Positions 37,936 to 50,411 of a stretch of DNA of 64,000 nucleotides are shown piece after piece (within the stretch, counting starts at the first letter, position 1; each line of letters starts with the position of its first letter). This DNA is from Raillietiella orientalis (taxonomy: Eukaryota). Position numbers and translations under genes: made by a program. The notes under the pieces were generated by a model. That model made no database searches. It saw only the letters and a list, made by a program, of their open reading frames with translations, and was not told the DNA's origin. The stretch covers positions 3,038,001-3,102,000 of the forward strand of contig JAYWIR010000020.1 of assembly GCA_036172245.1 (NCBI GenBank), in the 5' to 3' direction.

Positions 37936-40269
37936 GCTGGAGCATCTTGGTCCTCTAACCTGCCGAGGAACAACAGCGATTGATTTGTGCAACTTTCTGT
38001 CACGAGATCGAAGCACCCTCAAGCAAACTGGTACACGGAAGAGAATTCTTCCGCAGCCTGTTGCATTCGTCATCGACACTTTGCAACCCACCTACGCTCC
38101 GCGACCTGCACGACGCAGCGTTTTCTTCAAGGGGGAAAGCAGGAAGCACTGGGAAGAGGTGAGGAAACAGTTCGCAACAGTTGAGATTGCATGAAAATGA
38201 ATTTGCGGCTGCGTGGAAAGACGCTGCCGACAAGAAAGGCTATTCTCGGCTACTTCGGGAGGCAGAAGAGAAAAGGGAAACCTCCTTCCTTACACTGTGA
38301 CGCTTTGAGAATCCCCTTCCCGTTCATCCACCGACAGGATGTGAGCAGGCCGTTCCTGACCTTCATCTGCAGGAAACACAGGAAAGCTCCACCTGCCCGA
38401 AAGGTGGAGTCATCCTCGGGGTCTGCAGATGCCGCTGCCGTCAGCAAAGAGCTCGCCCGTCGAGGACGGTGCAGAAAAACTGGGAATCCAGTTTAAATTC
38501 CCAGCCCGGACTGGCGGCTCTGGCAACGACAGAGGGGGAAATGCAAAATGCTCTCCTTCTCCGAAAATTGAAGGGCTCTAACCTTAGCGTTCGTCTCTGC
38601 CGGAAGTCACTCTCCTCCGCGAAGCGGCTACAGAGCGCCAGGGAAATTCCGCGACCGCGAACGCCGTCAGCAACTCGCCCAAGAGGTGATTGTTTTCTTG
38701 CGACTCCGCGAGCGTCCGGTTTACGGGTGCGAGGAAATTCCGCGGCGTTTCCCCTCTTCAAAAAAAAAACTCCCCCCCCCCCAACACAGGATCAGGCGCT
38801 TCTCGAAACGTCCGTGTATGCGCCATTTTCCCCCGCCAAAAAACTTCCTCGGCACCCATCACTTCCGGTAATGAAACGGGACACTTTCAAAAGCTCGTCG
38901 TCTTCCGCTGGCATTCCAAGAGTACTTTCGGTTCGTTTTCTTTCGAGCAGCCGTTGCCGTTGCCCGGCTAAAAGGGCAGGAAAGCTGACTCACTATTGCC
39001 TCGAGTGTTTTCCGCTTCGGAGCGTGATCAGGGAGCGTGAGTAAACACAAAAACACTAATCGAAGCTTCATGACCTCACGTCGCGCATTCACTTCTCACC
39101 CCTCTTGTCGGACTGGAGAATTCTTGCTTGCCCTTCGACATGGAAGACGCGTTTCGGCCGCGCCGCACCAGTGTTGCAGTGTACACTCTCGCGCGCTCGA
39201 CCACAAATACTCTTGTGTGTTCGCCACATTTTCACAGCCATCGCAGTCTCAGAGGAGTGCGGCGTTCACCTGGGTTGCGCCTGATGTCAGAGATTCAGTC
39301 TTCAGAAGCCCGACGGACCGCAAAGTTTCGAGACAGTGATCCCCAAAGCTCACTTTGAGCGCAGATCTCCCTCTGCATGCACCGTTTAGAGGTGCGTCGC
39401 AGTGCATGTTTCGCGTTAGGCATGCGTTCCAAAACGAGTCCTGTAACCACTGGAACGCACCAGGACGGCACCGCCGCGCTGACCACGAGACAAAAAGGAA
39501 TCCCTTGAGATTTCGGTTTCTTCCGATGAGAGCACGGTCGAATGTACGGGAAGAATCTTCGAGCAGAAACAACCTCGAGGACTTCTCTCTCCCGCCCCCC
39601 TGCCGGCGAATGCTCTCGAGCTTCGGCGAGGTTTGCATCCTTCGCGGAGAGAGTCTTCTAAAATACCTTCGATCCTTTCGGCTGACTGCGAGCCAGTCGG
39701 AAGCGCACGAAACTCGTGAGCAGCCCTGGTCCTTCTCAATACCGGAGTCAGCAGCAGGCCTCTAGAAGCTCACGCTGCATTCACTACGAGTCTAGCTCGC
39801 CCTCCTCGCCTTTTCCTTCGCATTTCTTCGCACCCTCGGAGTGTTCAGAACGGAAACGGAACCCGATTTTTGTCTGAAATAGCCGAAAACCAAATCGGAA
39901 CTGGATGGCTCTTTGAGTGGACGAAAGGGTGGTTGAAGAAAAGACGTGGAAGGGGGAGGACGATCGCCTCTCCCTTGAAAGCAAAAACAAAAACATGCAA
40001 ATGGACCACACGGAACATAAAGCTGAGCAGAGTTGAACATTTCGACGGCTGCAAAAAATCCATCCTCGTCTCGTGGTCAGTACTGGAAAAAATCCGCTCG
40101 TGTCCACAGCTTGGTGATCAGCGAGCACACCTGCACCTAAGTGCTTTCTGCTCTCCAGAGCATCTCATGAAGCTTCTGCTAGCAGATTTTCCCCGTCTGT
40201 CTTCTCCCTCGCGCTTGGCGCTTCCTTCGTTTCAGCGGGTGCTTGGTCTTCATCTTTCAGACCGTCTTG

Positions 40270-40615
40270 CGGTTTTCTCTTGCAGAGTCGAGCATTCGCT
40301 AGGATACCTTTCCAGAGTCCACACATAAGCGGGAAGCATCCGTGCCGCTTCAAATTTCTCGTAAGCAAAATTCAAAGTCTTCCGATGTACCCAAACTCCA
40401 CATCAATCGTCAAAGGAACTCCCGAATGGTTTTCTCTAGACGAACTTTCTTTCTGCAGCGTAGACATCTCGCTGATCTCGAGGCAGTGGATGTCGTCCAG
40501 CTGGGGGACGGTGCAGGTTGCATCTCGGAATATCTTCGCGTTGAATTCCAGCCTCTTTAATCATCTGCCATCCGCAGAAGGCCGTCTTCACTCCCGTATC
40601 CTCATCGTTTGCAAC
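40270..40615 (-). pseudogene. Possible highly decayed aldo-keto reductase fragment
   Basis: Weak colinear hits across frames: NDEDTG, IKEAGIQREDI, LDDIHC, YIG..NF, AARMLP...ERYP versus AKR NE..VG, IKE.G..REDI, IHWP, IGVSNF, P..NQ.E.HP. Confidence 0.3.
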
Positions 40616-43600
40616 AAGCAACCTTTGAGAATCTCCCATCCGCGCAAGTGACTCTTCCTTTGATTACAAAGCAAAGGGCAGGTAAGAGAGAAGGCATGAG
40701 TAACCCTTACGCGGAAGTTCTAGAAAAACCTCTGGCGTTGCCACCAGAATTCCGCGACTGGTATCGGCAAATGCTGGACTGGGAAATCTTTCCCAGTCCT
40801 ATCGGCAACGTACTGCCATTCCCATTGAAACTTCTCACCGACCTCACTTTTACAGACAGCAGTGTCCTGGACCCCCCCCCCCCCTCCTTCCGAGTTCCGA
40901 TTTGACCTACTCCTGCGTGTCACGAAGATGGCGTCCTTCTCCGCTACCATCGCCGGCTGCCCTGTGATTACCACTTCCTCTCGTGGCGAGATCTGCACGC
41001 AGGCAGACAGACGCTTCCGCGACCCGCAGCGCACGATGATGAGAAACCAGAAGAGGAATACAGCCGGCGGAAAAAACAAGTCAACAACAAAAAAAAAATG
41101 TCCACCCCTCGCCGGGCTCTTGCTGCGTTCGCGGACCCGCCCTATTCGGTGCTAACGGGAGCATTCGCTTTCAGGAGCAGCTTCCGAGTTCCGTCCTTGA
41201 AACCGGAGCACAGCTCTGAGACCTGGGGAATCCTAAAGGGCGGCGAAAGCACACGAAAAAGGTAAAAGAGGCCGCCTTCGTTCTCTCTTCCAAAGGCGCA
41301 GCTTAGCTCGCGCGCACAAGCAAGAAGCAGTCCTCTGACAAGTGGACAGCGACGCCGGCAGCTAATCGGACCTGGCCCTGGAACCCTGCGATTTCATCCC
41401 CATTCGGGACATTTTTTTCTTCATCCTCTCGCGCGTTCTCGCTTTTCCAGAAGCGCTCCAGAAAACGCCCCACTTCGGAAAGGAGAAAAAAAAGAACCTT
41501 GAAGAATCGTCCGCGGCATCATGATCGCGGAAGTTGCTAAGCACTGATGCCGGCGCTCTTTCGCTGACAAGAAGTGATGTGCCGGGGATGATTTCTGACT
41601 CCAAACCCCCTTCCCGGAAAAGCAGCAAGCCAGTTCACGACTCGATCCGCAGCACGGCAGTCATTATCTCCTGCTAAATGCCTCCTTGTCAATTATTAGG
41701 CCTTTGTTGCCCTAATCGGCAACACTTCCACGGGTCCCAAAGGCGCAGATCATCGGACGAGAACAAATGATAGCCACCTCACTTCATTTATGATCCCCGC
41801 CACAGTTTCCAATTTGTCTGCTTTTGTTCAAGTCCAGTGCTTCGACGTTCGCCTCTTCTTTAATTGCGCAGGGGTTCCTTTGTTCCGCTCTGCTCGCAGA
41901 GCGGCTGGAGGGGGTCGTCGCGGCCCTCCTCGGTCCGACTCTTCCTTCAAGCCACGAAGGGTGACCATGAATTTTATCATCTCCAGGGAACAGAAGACCC
42001 CACGGGCCTCTTTCTGCTCGGAAACCGCCTCACCGACTGGACATTCCTGACCAAGCAGCCGGGTGACCGTAAAGCTGCCCCTCGTTCGTCACGCCTTTCT
42101 CTCGCACTTCGCGACGCAGAATCGGGGAAGTCCCGTCGCACGCGAATCTGCCGAGAGCACGTGCGGCTCAACGCCTGTGCACCTCGGCAATCCTCAAACA
42201 CGGGGATGCCGAAGGAGCCGCTGGAACAGGGAAGGCAGATGGCCAGGCATCCCGTGCCAGTTTCAGCCCGGTGCTGAAGGAATCCTCGGGTTTGAAAGAA
42301 GAGCAGAGACCTCTCTACAGACTGAGGAGACACACAAGCAGCAAGCGTCGGTGCTCATGACAGGATGCGCAGTCCCGACGGCACGGGTCACTGCAAGCGT
42401 GGGCGCTTCGGGAGAAAGAAGGCCACACATTTTGCTTGGATTCAATATCGAGACACCGTGAGACCAGAGGAGGACAGGTGGTGCACGGCCAGCAGCGAGA
42501 TGGAGGAGAGCGCTGCTCATGGGAAGACGGGGAGAAAGAGACTGCAAGGATCTGCATCGACGGCGCCACCCGCATACTCCCGGATTCGAACCCACCGCGT
42601 CAGGAAGCTTTCGGCATGAGAGGCAGGGGAATTCCGGGGGAGGAAAGGAAGGATGGCGGAGGCAGGATCTGGACCCGAGTACACACGTTTCTTGATTTCG
42701 TCGTAGAGCCACGGAGGATCTTCGCTGCAAACCTGCTCAGGGGATCTCCGATGGACTCTGCGTGCTGGCGAGTGCGGGGAGCGGAATGCTCCACCTGCAC
42801 AAGGAAGCTACGCGCAGAGTTACGTACACGCGGGAGAGGATGTGGTCGGATTGCCCTGCGTTCTGGTAGGGCCGTCACGGATTAGGAGAACCAACGACGC
42901 GATGAGTTCCACGGTTTGAGCCCGCGATGGGCCTGCAAGAGGCCTTTTCTTTTGGGGGGGGGGGGGGAGGTGGGTCTCTCTCGCGGAGGGATTAAAACTC
43001 TGCGAGAGCATTCGCCCATCCCGCAGCACGCGAATGCCTGAGGGCTCATCTTTCGGCACCGGAGAGCTTGAGAAACTCCGTGTTTTGAAAATTATCGATC
43101 TCTTTTGCTCCTGCCTTCGATGCAGGACATCGGTCCAGGGCGAAAATGGCAGCTGCCAAGATGTGAGCACTGCCTCGTTCCTCCGGGAGGATGCCGGCCA
43201 CCCTCGGGATAAAAAAAGAATTTTCGATGACCTCCTGGACTCTCCCGCTCTTCCTTTTTGAGAGCGCCCTGCCTGGTCGCCCGCGGGAAATCTTTCCGGA
43301 AGCCGTGGGGCTGGAGTCCCGGGGCACGAGGATTCTCCGAGTTTCCATAAGCACCAAAATTCGCTGTGGGGCGCGGAAGTTTTCCGGCGATCTTCGCCGC
43401 GGGCGGGTTCCCGAGAAAACCCGCTGCCTTACTCGCCGGAAACGGACGTGGCCACGCGTACGGACGAAAAGACCTGAACTCTTTCTGGATCGATGGCGCT
43501 CTGAGGGCGCTGGAACGGTCTGCCGTGGAGAGGCTGATCTCCCTCTCTCCTCTCCCCTCCCGCTCTCGAAAGAATGCCGTCACGTGCGGCGGGGGCCCCC

Positions 43601-46600
43601 GGCAAAGCTCATCCTCGCTCCCTCGGCTGCTGGCGCGCTCTTTCGTTCCAGAAACGCCTCCTGGCAGCTCCTCCTGTTTTATCCTTTGATCCGTTCTTCC
43701 GGCTTCAGTGCGTTCCTCGCTCCCTGCCGCGCTGCGCCCACAAACCCCACTGTCCGAAGCGTCCCTTCTTCCACCCTTCGGAAGCTCTGTGGTTCGACGA
43801 GAGGAACGAGAGGGAAAAGGGGAGAGAGCCGAGGCTCCCGGCCCGTCTTGGGAAGCTGGGAAGGATCGCTTGAAGCTCCGTCTGAATACAAACGGCCGTA
43901 ATTCAAAGCGGAGACTACGCATCTGACAGCAGCGTCCCATTTCCTCCTCCTCCTTCGTACCGAAGTCTCATAGGTCAACTGCCAGGCAAAAAGCTGGACC
44001 ATTTCTCCTTCGAAACGCTCTCCTTTCGAAGGCACGCACTGTGGCGGATGCGGATCCGGAAAGACTCCTTTCAGCTGCTTCCGGGGAGGTCTTCAGCAAA
44101 CTGCGAAGGGAGGAGGGAGGCAGGAGGAAACGTCGCAAGAGAAGCGAGCTGCGAGCCTCGCTGAACCGTCGGAGACTAGAAGCAGCTCGTGCTGCTCCTC
44201 GCTCGCGTTTCCGAGAGAGGGCGAGTGGAACTTCAGCCGGCTGAGGGTCGCAGAGAGCGCCGGCACCGGCAGAGCACCCGGGCGTCTCCTGCTGCTGAGA
44301 GCTGGGGCGCTCCGGCACAGCAAAGGGGAGAAGGGGGAAGCAGGAAAGAGAATCTGTAAGTGGTTCCTCCACCCGTGATTGGTTGGCATTATATGTGAGC
44401 AGCCATTTTTGCTCCACGCGCTAACTTCATCGGCTAACCGAGGTCATCGAGAGTGGTCAGAGTGATAGCAAGAAAAAAAAGAGAGAGAGACGATTCCGGG
44501 CTGCACGCAGAGATTCCCCAGCTGCAGAGGAGCTCGGCCTCGAAACAGTCCGGTGCTGACTCTGCCCCCATTCTCGCGGATACTCAGGGGGGCTCAAGAG
44601 AAGGCCACAATCGGCCCTTAGGAGATTCTGTGAATCCTGCAAGCCTCCCGCAGGGGACGCCGACTCACCAGAGAAAGAAAATTCCCCGAGGGCATCTTCA
44701 GGGTAGGAAGGAGCCATTCCTGGTGAACCCCGAGTGCTATCCAAAGAGCATCGCGGCTTGTAACACGCAAGGATCTTCGAGGTACTGCTGCAGCAAGCAT
44801 CCGTCTCCATCCATCCTTCCTCCTCCTCCACACCATTACACCACCTTCCTCCCCTTCGTTCTCCTCTTCCGCCTCCCTTCCGAAACCCTCGGACTGCGTT
44901 TCCCACACGTTCACTACGCCAGAAAATTCCCTCGAGGGGTCAAAGACCCTCCGCCTCGAGGCGAAGGAAAACTAGCAGTGACCACAGGTTCCGTATCGCT
45001 CTGCGTGTGGAAAGCGCGCTTTACCCGGGTACGGGGTTCGAACGGGCAGGCAATGTACCCCTTCCCACCCTCCGTCCCCCTTCTCAAAAACCCTGCTCCT
45101 ACTAGAAGATTCTGGAATCACTCAGGGCACCCGTTAATAGCCTCGCAGCACTTTGAGCGGCGTGCTCTCCGGGAAGAGGTCACGGGAGGCGTGAGAGAAA
45201 ACGGCGACCCGCCGCCCGAGGTTGATTCCTCAGAGAAACACAGGAAGCGTGCTCAACGCCTGTGACCCACTTTCTTCCCTCTCCTTCCTGTCTGTTCCCT
45301 TCCCGACCAGCGCCTTAAACTGAACCCTCCCCTCCTTTCCTCGCGCACGCACTCTTCCGCTCCGAGAGAATCTGGGCATCCGTCCTTCCTGTATGTGCCC
45401 GTTCATCCCCGCGTGCGCGCGCTTCGACGGAACCTCCGGGTGGACCTCAGCGCCACCACTCGGTCCCGTCTTTCGCTGGCAGTGGACACCTCCACGCATC
45501 ACCGCCGGAGGAAGAAGCCAAGGTCATAGCCGTCGCGGTCAGCCGGGATGCTGGCCGGGGATGAGGTCACCTCCTCAGAGGAAGGAGCAAGATGGGCGCA
45601 ACCAAAGCCGCTGGACTGCAAACGCCCGCGGAGAGCAGACCCGTTGATCCGGGAACAGACCGCACCTCCGCGGCTCGAAGAAAACGATGGCGGCAGTCTC
45701 AGTCTGTGGCGGAGGGCGACGAGCGACAGAGCCCGCGTCCCCGGAGGAGTTCCCGGGTCGTCGTGGAAGCATGGAGGATTCGTGGCGCTCCCTCTCTAGC
45801 ACGAAGGCTTCCACACGCGAGCTGCCTTGAGGGGTCGCCCGGCAGGGGCAGCCGTCGTGGCACCTCCGGCCTTCCTATCGGTTCGGGGATCAGGTCGGAA
45901 AAAGCGGTGCCCGAGCAAAGAAGGCTCGGAGAGGCATCCGAGGGCATCCGAAAAGTGCGATCGGTCGGTCGGAAAGCGCCGTCGGGGAAGATGAGAAAGC
46001 TGGGCGCACAGCATCCGCCACATCCCGTTCGCTTGCATCCTTTCCTCCCATCCCACCGATCCGTCGGCGGAAGCTGAGCTGGACCTTTTTCCGAAGGAGC
46101 AAGGGTCTCCCGCCACCACCGCGCCCGGTTCTGCCCCTCGCCCCCGCCTGCGAGTCCACGGGGGCTGCCGATGCTGCCCCGAAGACGCGACTGCCTTTCC
46201 GGAGCGCCGCGCACCGCCACCTTCCTCCGAGCCGCCGCGATTGCCCGGGAAGGCGCTCCCGACTTAGGACGGCGGTGATTTATGGGGGTTTTTTCCCTCC
46301 CCCTTCCTCTTCTCCATTCGTTTCGCCGTCGCGGAGAAGCTGAGCACGGAGCTCTGCTTCCATGGCACGCGTGACAGGGAGAAGAATGGTTCCGTTTTCG
46401 CGGAAGAAGCACCGGCTCCGCTACGCTGACTCCGGGATGAAAATGAGGTTGGATGTCCCTGGTCGAATTTTGAGGCGTTCCCCTCCTCGGAAGACAGGAG
46501 GGGGAGGGGGCGAGGATCGCCCTCCGTCTGGCTGCAGCTGTCGAGTGTCGCGAGGGTTGCGTCGCTTTCACTACCCCGATAAGGAATAGGGACAAAGAAG

Positions 46601-49569
46601 GGGGGAAAGGGGATGAGGAGGAAGGTAGGAAGAGGAAGGAGCTCCAGGGCGCTAAGAGGCGCGGCGGTGCGTCTCTGTTCCGCGCTAGCCACTCCCGGAC
46701 ACGAAGGCGGGTCGGGAGGAGGGAGACACGGGAACCGACCGGTCGCAAAGCGGAACGCACCGAGAGGGGCAGCGGGTCTCCCTCGACTTTCAACCAGCGT
46801 CTCTTCCCTTTCCTCTCCACGGCCACCGAGACGACCGCGGAGGCAGAGGCTCCGCACCGACCCGCCTGCCCGCCGGGGCCCGGAAGAGTTCCGAAGGAAG
46901 CTGCCATCCTTGAGGAACAGCAGCAGCAGCTCCGCTTCCCCACCGAATCTCTTTCACGGGAGAGCAAACCGTCCGTCTTCCCTGGACGGATGGCGTCATT
47001 TCCACCAGGCTTCCTCTTTCGCAAACGAGCGCGGCGTAGCGATCCCGGGGGGCAGATCTCCGCGAGGGCGCCACGACCCGGGAGCCGACCCCGCGCTGGA
47101 AGGAGCGGCTAGACGCGTGAAGGGATCATAAATCTCCCGACGGGAAGCGTTCCTCCCCTTCCTCCTTCTCCCCGCCTCCGGCAAAGCAAATCTCGTCCCG
47201 GAGGGACGGATGGCACGTGGGGTGAACTCGTCCGCCGCACGATTGATGGCGGGAAAGGTGCGGCAGGGAGGGAGAGCACGCAAAGCGAAGCGGAGGAGGG
47301 AGGTAGAGACGCAGCATCAGCATCAGCTCCAGGATCGACAGTCACCCCCCTTACCCTCCTTCCTTTCCTCGCTTCCCGTGGCTGCTCTCGTCCGCTCTGC
47401 TCATCGTCGCGCGGCCCGCGGAGAGGGAGGGCGCCTTCCGCAGGGGAGAGCTAGCGATGCTGGGACGGCGGATAACGACGAGCGAGCGTGTCACTCGCGC
47501 GACCCCAAGATCAAAAGCAGACGTGGACCTAGAGGAGGACCGAACGCGAGCGACGACGCCTGCGGGTCCTTGAGGTGGGGGAGCAAGGAGGTGAGCCGAC
47601 CTGAGGAAAGCCAGTCGCGGCGCAGCAGCTCGAGCCCGAGAGAGAGGGCGAAGAGGGAGAAGCCACCGGCAGAGGGGGAGGGATAGTGATTGGCGAAACG
47701 CGGAGCGCTTCCGCGGGGAGAGATGGCCCCACCGCGCCTCACGTGGGATTTATCCCTCTCCCGCCCTGGTCCGAGCTCCGGAGAAATTTGCTTGCTGCGT
47801 TCGGGACACGAGGGAGGCGTCTCAGGGAACCGAGCGCGCGCATGCTTGCCAGCTCACAAGCGAGAGAAGAATGGAGGGGGGGAGGGACGCTCGGAAGCGG
47901 AGCAGGACAGTCGGCGCCAGACGACGGCTTGGTCCTTAGGCAGGCTGGTCCATCCTCCTCTTCCATCCTCTGTCTTTCTTCCTTCTTCAGTGCCCCTCCG
48001 CAAGCTTTCCGTCCGCCTTCGTCGTCACTTCCGGTATGCTTGGTGATTTCGATCCCAAGAACAAAAAATTGGCCGTCCCCGTTGCCAATGAAAGGGACGG
48101 GTGGACCCCTGCCCTTTGAGTCCCTCGGCCCGCGCGCGAAGCTGCGCGATGACACCACTCTCGTCCTCTAGCGGCTGAGGGGGGGGGGTTGTGAGCAATC
48201 CGTTTCGGAACCTCTCCGAAGGATCTGGTTGGTTTTCATAAAGCTTTCCGGAAACCATCCTCGGCTGCTCCTCCGGCAGGACTTCCAACTGGATCTCGGT
48301 AGGAGGTCGTGTCCAGAGAGGTGACACAGAGAATCCTTTCCTTCTTTTTTTCGATCATTAAACGCTCCTTTGGTGCCGGATGACTCTCAGCTCCCTTCTC
48401 CAATTGTTCCAGCGAACAGCCGGATCACGTTGCTAGGAACCCAGCGTGATAAATGACTCCCATCACAATCATTCTTGCAGCAACGGCCCCAATGGGTTCG
48501 AAACGTGGGTTACGACTCCTGCTTTCTTGAGTCCTCCGCATAATGAGTTGGCCCCCGGGAAGAAATCACCTCCCAACCTTCCACGTCATCCTCCTAACCG
48601 AACGATGCTTCAGCTATTAATAAAGCAACAACCGAACGGGTGTCCCCGCTGGATCAGAAGGCGAGAAAGAGAGGGGGGGAAGGGGGAGGAGGTTGTTGTC
48701 TCCATGAGAGTCATCCTGGGAACAAAGCCACCTTTCTGGCGAAGAACTCGCCAGGAATTTCGGAGCGCAACCACCTTTTCTTGCAGAGCGAAGGAAAACT
48801 CGCGCTGCATTTGCATCTCCTTGGAATGCACTGAAGTGATTCCCGCCCAATTTCTTCGCGATCTTCTGCTGAAGCAGCATCCAGTTACAATCCTCATCGA
48901 TAAGAAACGGGAGCAGAAGTGAAAGGTGCCTTTTTTTTTGGTTTTTGTTTTGTTTTGTTTCACCTCCCCCTCCCTCAAAAAAAAGAAAGGACCTTTTTGA
49001 TCACCAGAGGCGCTGCTCTAGATCGAAGGTCGCTCGCAAGCGAAGCAAAGCCGAAAAAAGGACTGCCGAATGCGCTGCAAAATGGCTGCTGCCGAGAACA
49101 TTTTGCTCCAGTTCGGGAGGTATCCATCACAAATGAAACACTCCGCTGCGTTCGCACGGCTATCACATCTTGTTTTGGATGGCAAGCCATCGGTACTCTT
49201 GTCAGCGCGGCTGAGGTCTCGTGGGAGCCATGCGCAACATAGAGATTTCACCGTAACAGTGAGAGCCGTCTCTCCGGCAACAGAAAGAGCTTCGGATGGT
49301 TGCAGGAGCTGGAAAGCGAACAAACGTCATCGCCGTTACTGCCGTCGAGAATGACCACCAGGAATCTCTCCGTCTCTGAGGAAACGAAGGAAATGAAGCG
49401 GAACGTGAAGGCTGAAAATCGCGACAGATTCCAAAGGGAAAAGATCCAAGAAGTAGAAAAGGCAGAGCACTGGATCCGAGTTAGCAGCCGGACTTCAATC
49501 CGATCTCGATCTCTTTCGCGCTTCGTCCGAAAGACCTCCGATGCCCGCCGGCGTCAAGTGAGAAGAACA

Positions 49570-49945
49570 AAGGAAGCGTTTGGAAAGTCAGGAGGGGACG
49601 TACTAGCGCAGAGACACCAATTCCTCCTGGAAATCACGTTCAGCAGCGTCTTGACTTCGGAAGCCGCACGCGATCTTTAGTGGCCCATCCCAGGTTTCCA
49701 AAAAGATGCGCTTGTCAAACAAGAGTTGAAGCCTGCACGCTTCTGGGATGAGGTCGCTTTTATGATTGGCTCCCGATTTCGCTTCTCTCGGTGCATCCGC
49801 AGAGTTGAACAGCCGCTGGTGAACAACAAAGACTCCACTTGTGTTGACAGAAACAATTTGAGCATCTGGCATCGGTGGTCATGGGATTCCCAGAGCTGGT
49901 ATTCTTCTCTCCATAATTCACTGGATGGTAAAAAGCTTGCTGGAC
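49570..49945 (+). pseudogene. Possible highly decayed ABCA-type ATPase domain fragment
   Basis: Weak colinear hits across frames: EAFG, TFSSVLTSE, QKDAL, LSI-GI, GFPELVF, TG, with a plausible GT-AG intron at ~49753-49802. Walker A and LDEP are not intact. Confidence 0.3.
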
Positions 49946-50383
49946 GTATGTTACCCGCATTCTTTCGGTCCAGGTGTGGAAGCACGGAGAATCGTCAGAC
50001 GCATCTGTGATACCGGGAACGCCACCACGCAGATCCGTCCATCAATTACGGACCTGAGCCCCAGTTTACTCATCAGCTGCATACAAAGCAAATCCGACGA
50101 AAACACGGGCACGCCGTGGAGATTGAAAAGCGCCTGTTGAACACTAAGGCATGTGTGTTTTGCGTGCCTTGCGCGAATCTGTAGCTCGTTTCCCAATGCG
50201 CATCATGGATGCCAACTACGCTCACGCGACCACGAGTGAAAAACACCACCACTTTGCATCTGTAATAAATACTCATCAAATACAGTGTACGCTCTTCGTA
50301 TCTCACCCAGGATGACTGTTCTGCGTCAAGAGTTCATCTGTCAGCGAAGACCTTCGTGTGTGTAAATTGAAATCACCAAAATA

Positions 50384-50411
50384 TGTGTGTGTGTGTGTGT
50401 GTGCGTGCGTG
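50384..50411. repeat. (TG)10 + (CGTG)n microsatellite
   Basis: Directly visible. Confidence 0.9.

Larger units (their letters stand above)
12499..37959 (-). other. Multi-exon gene: LRR + FN3 single-pass membrane protein (chaoptin/artichoke-like), 6 coding exons, 4002-nt CDS, ~1333 aa
   Basis: All junctions are GT-AG with compatible phases (0,0,1,2,0). Joins restore motifs: LNVLQ|AEENLI, LKQLK|VLDLSFN, LNLE|ENPLHCDC, SYK|IIYY, CLK|VRT. Orthology not assigned. Confidence 0.93.

Noticed and set aside
42578..42600. tRNA B-box GGTTCGAATCC on the minus strand
   Set aside because: T-stem does not pair fully; no A-box or cloverleaf.
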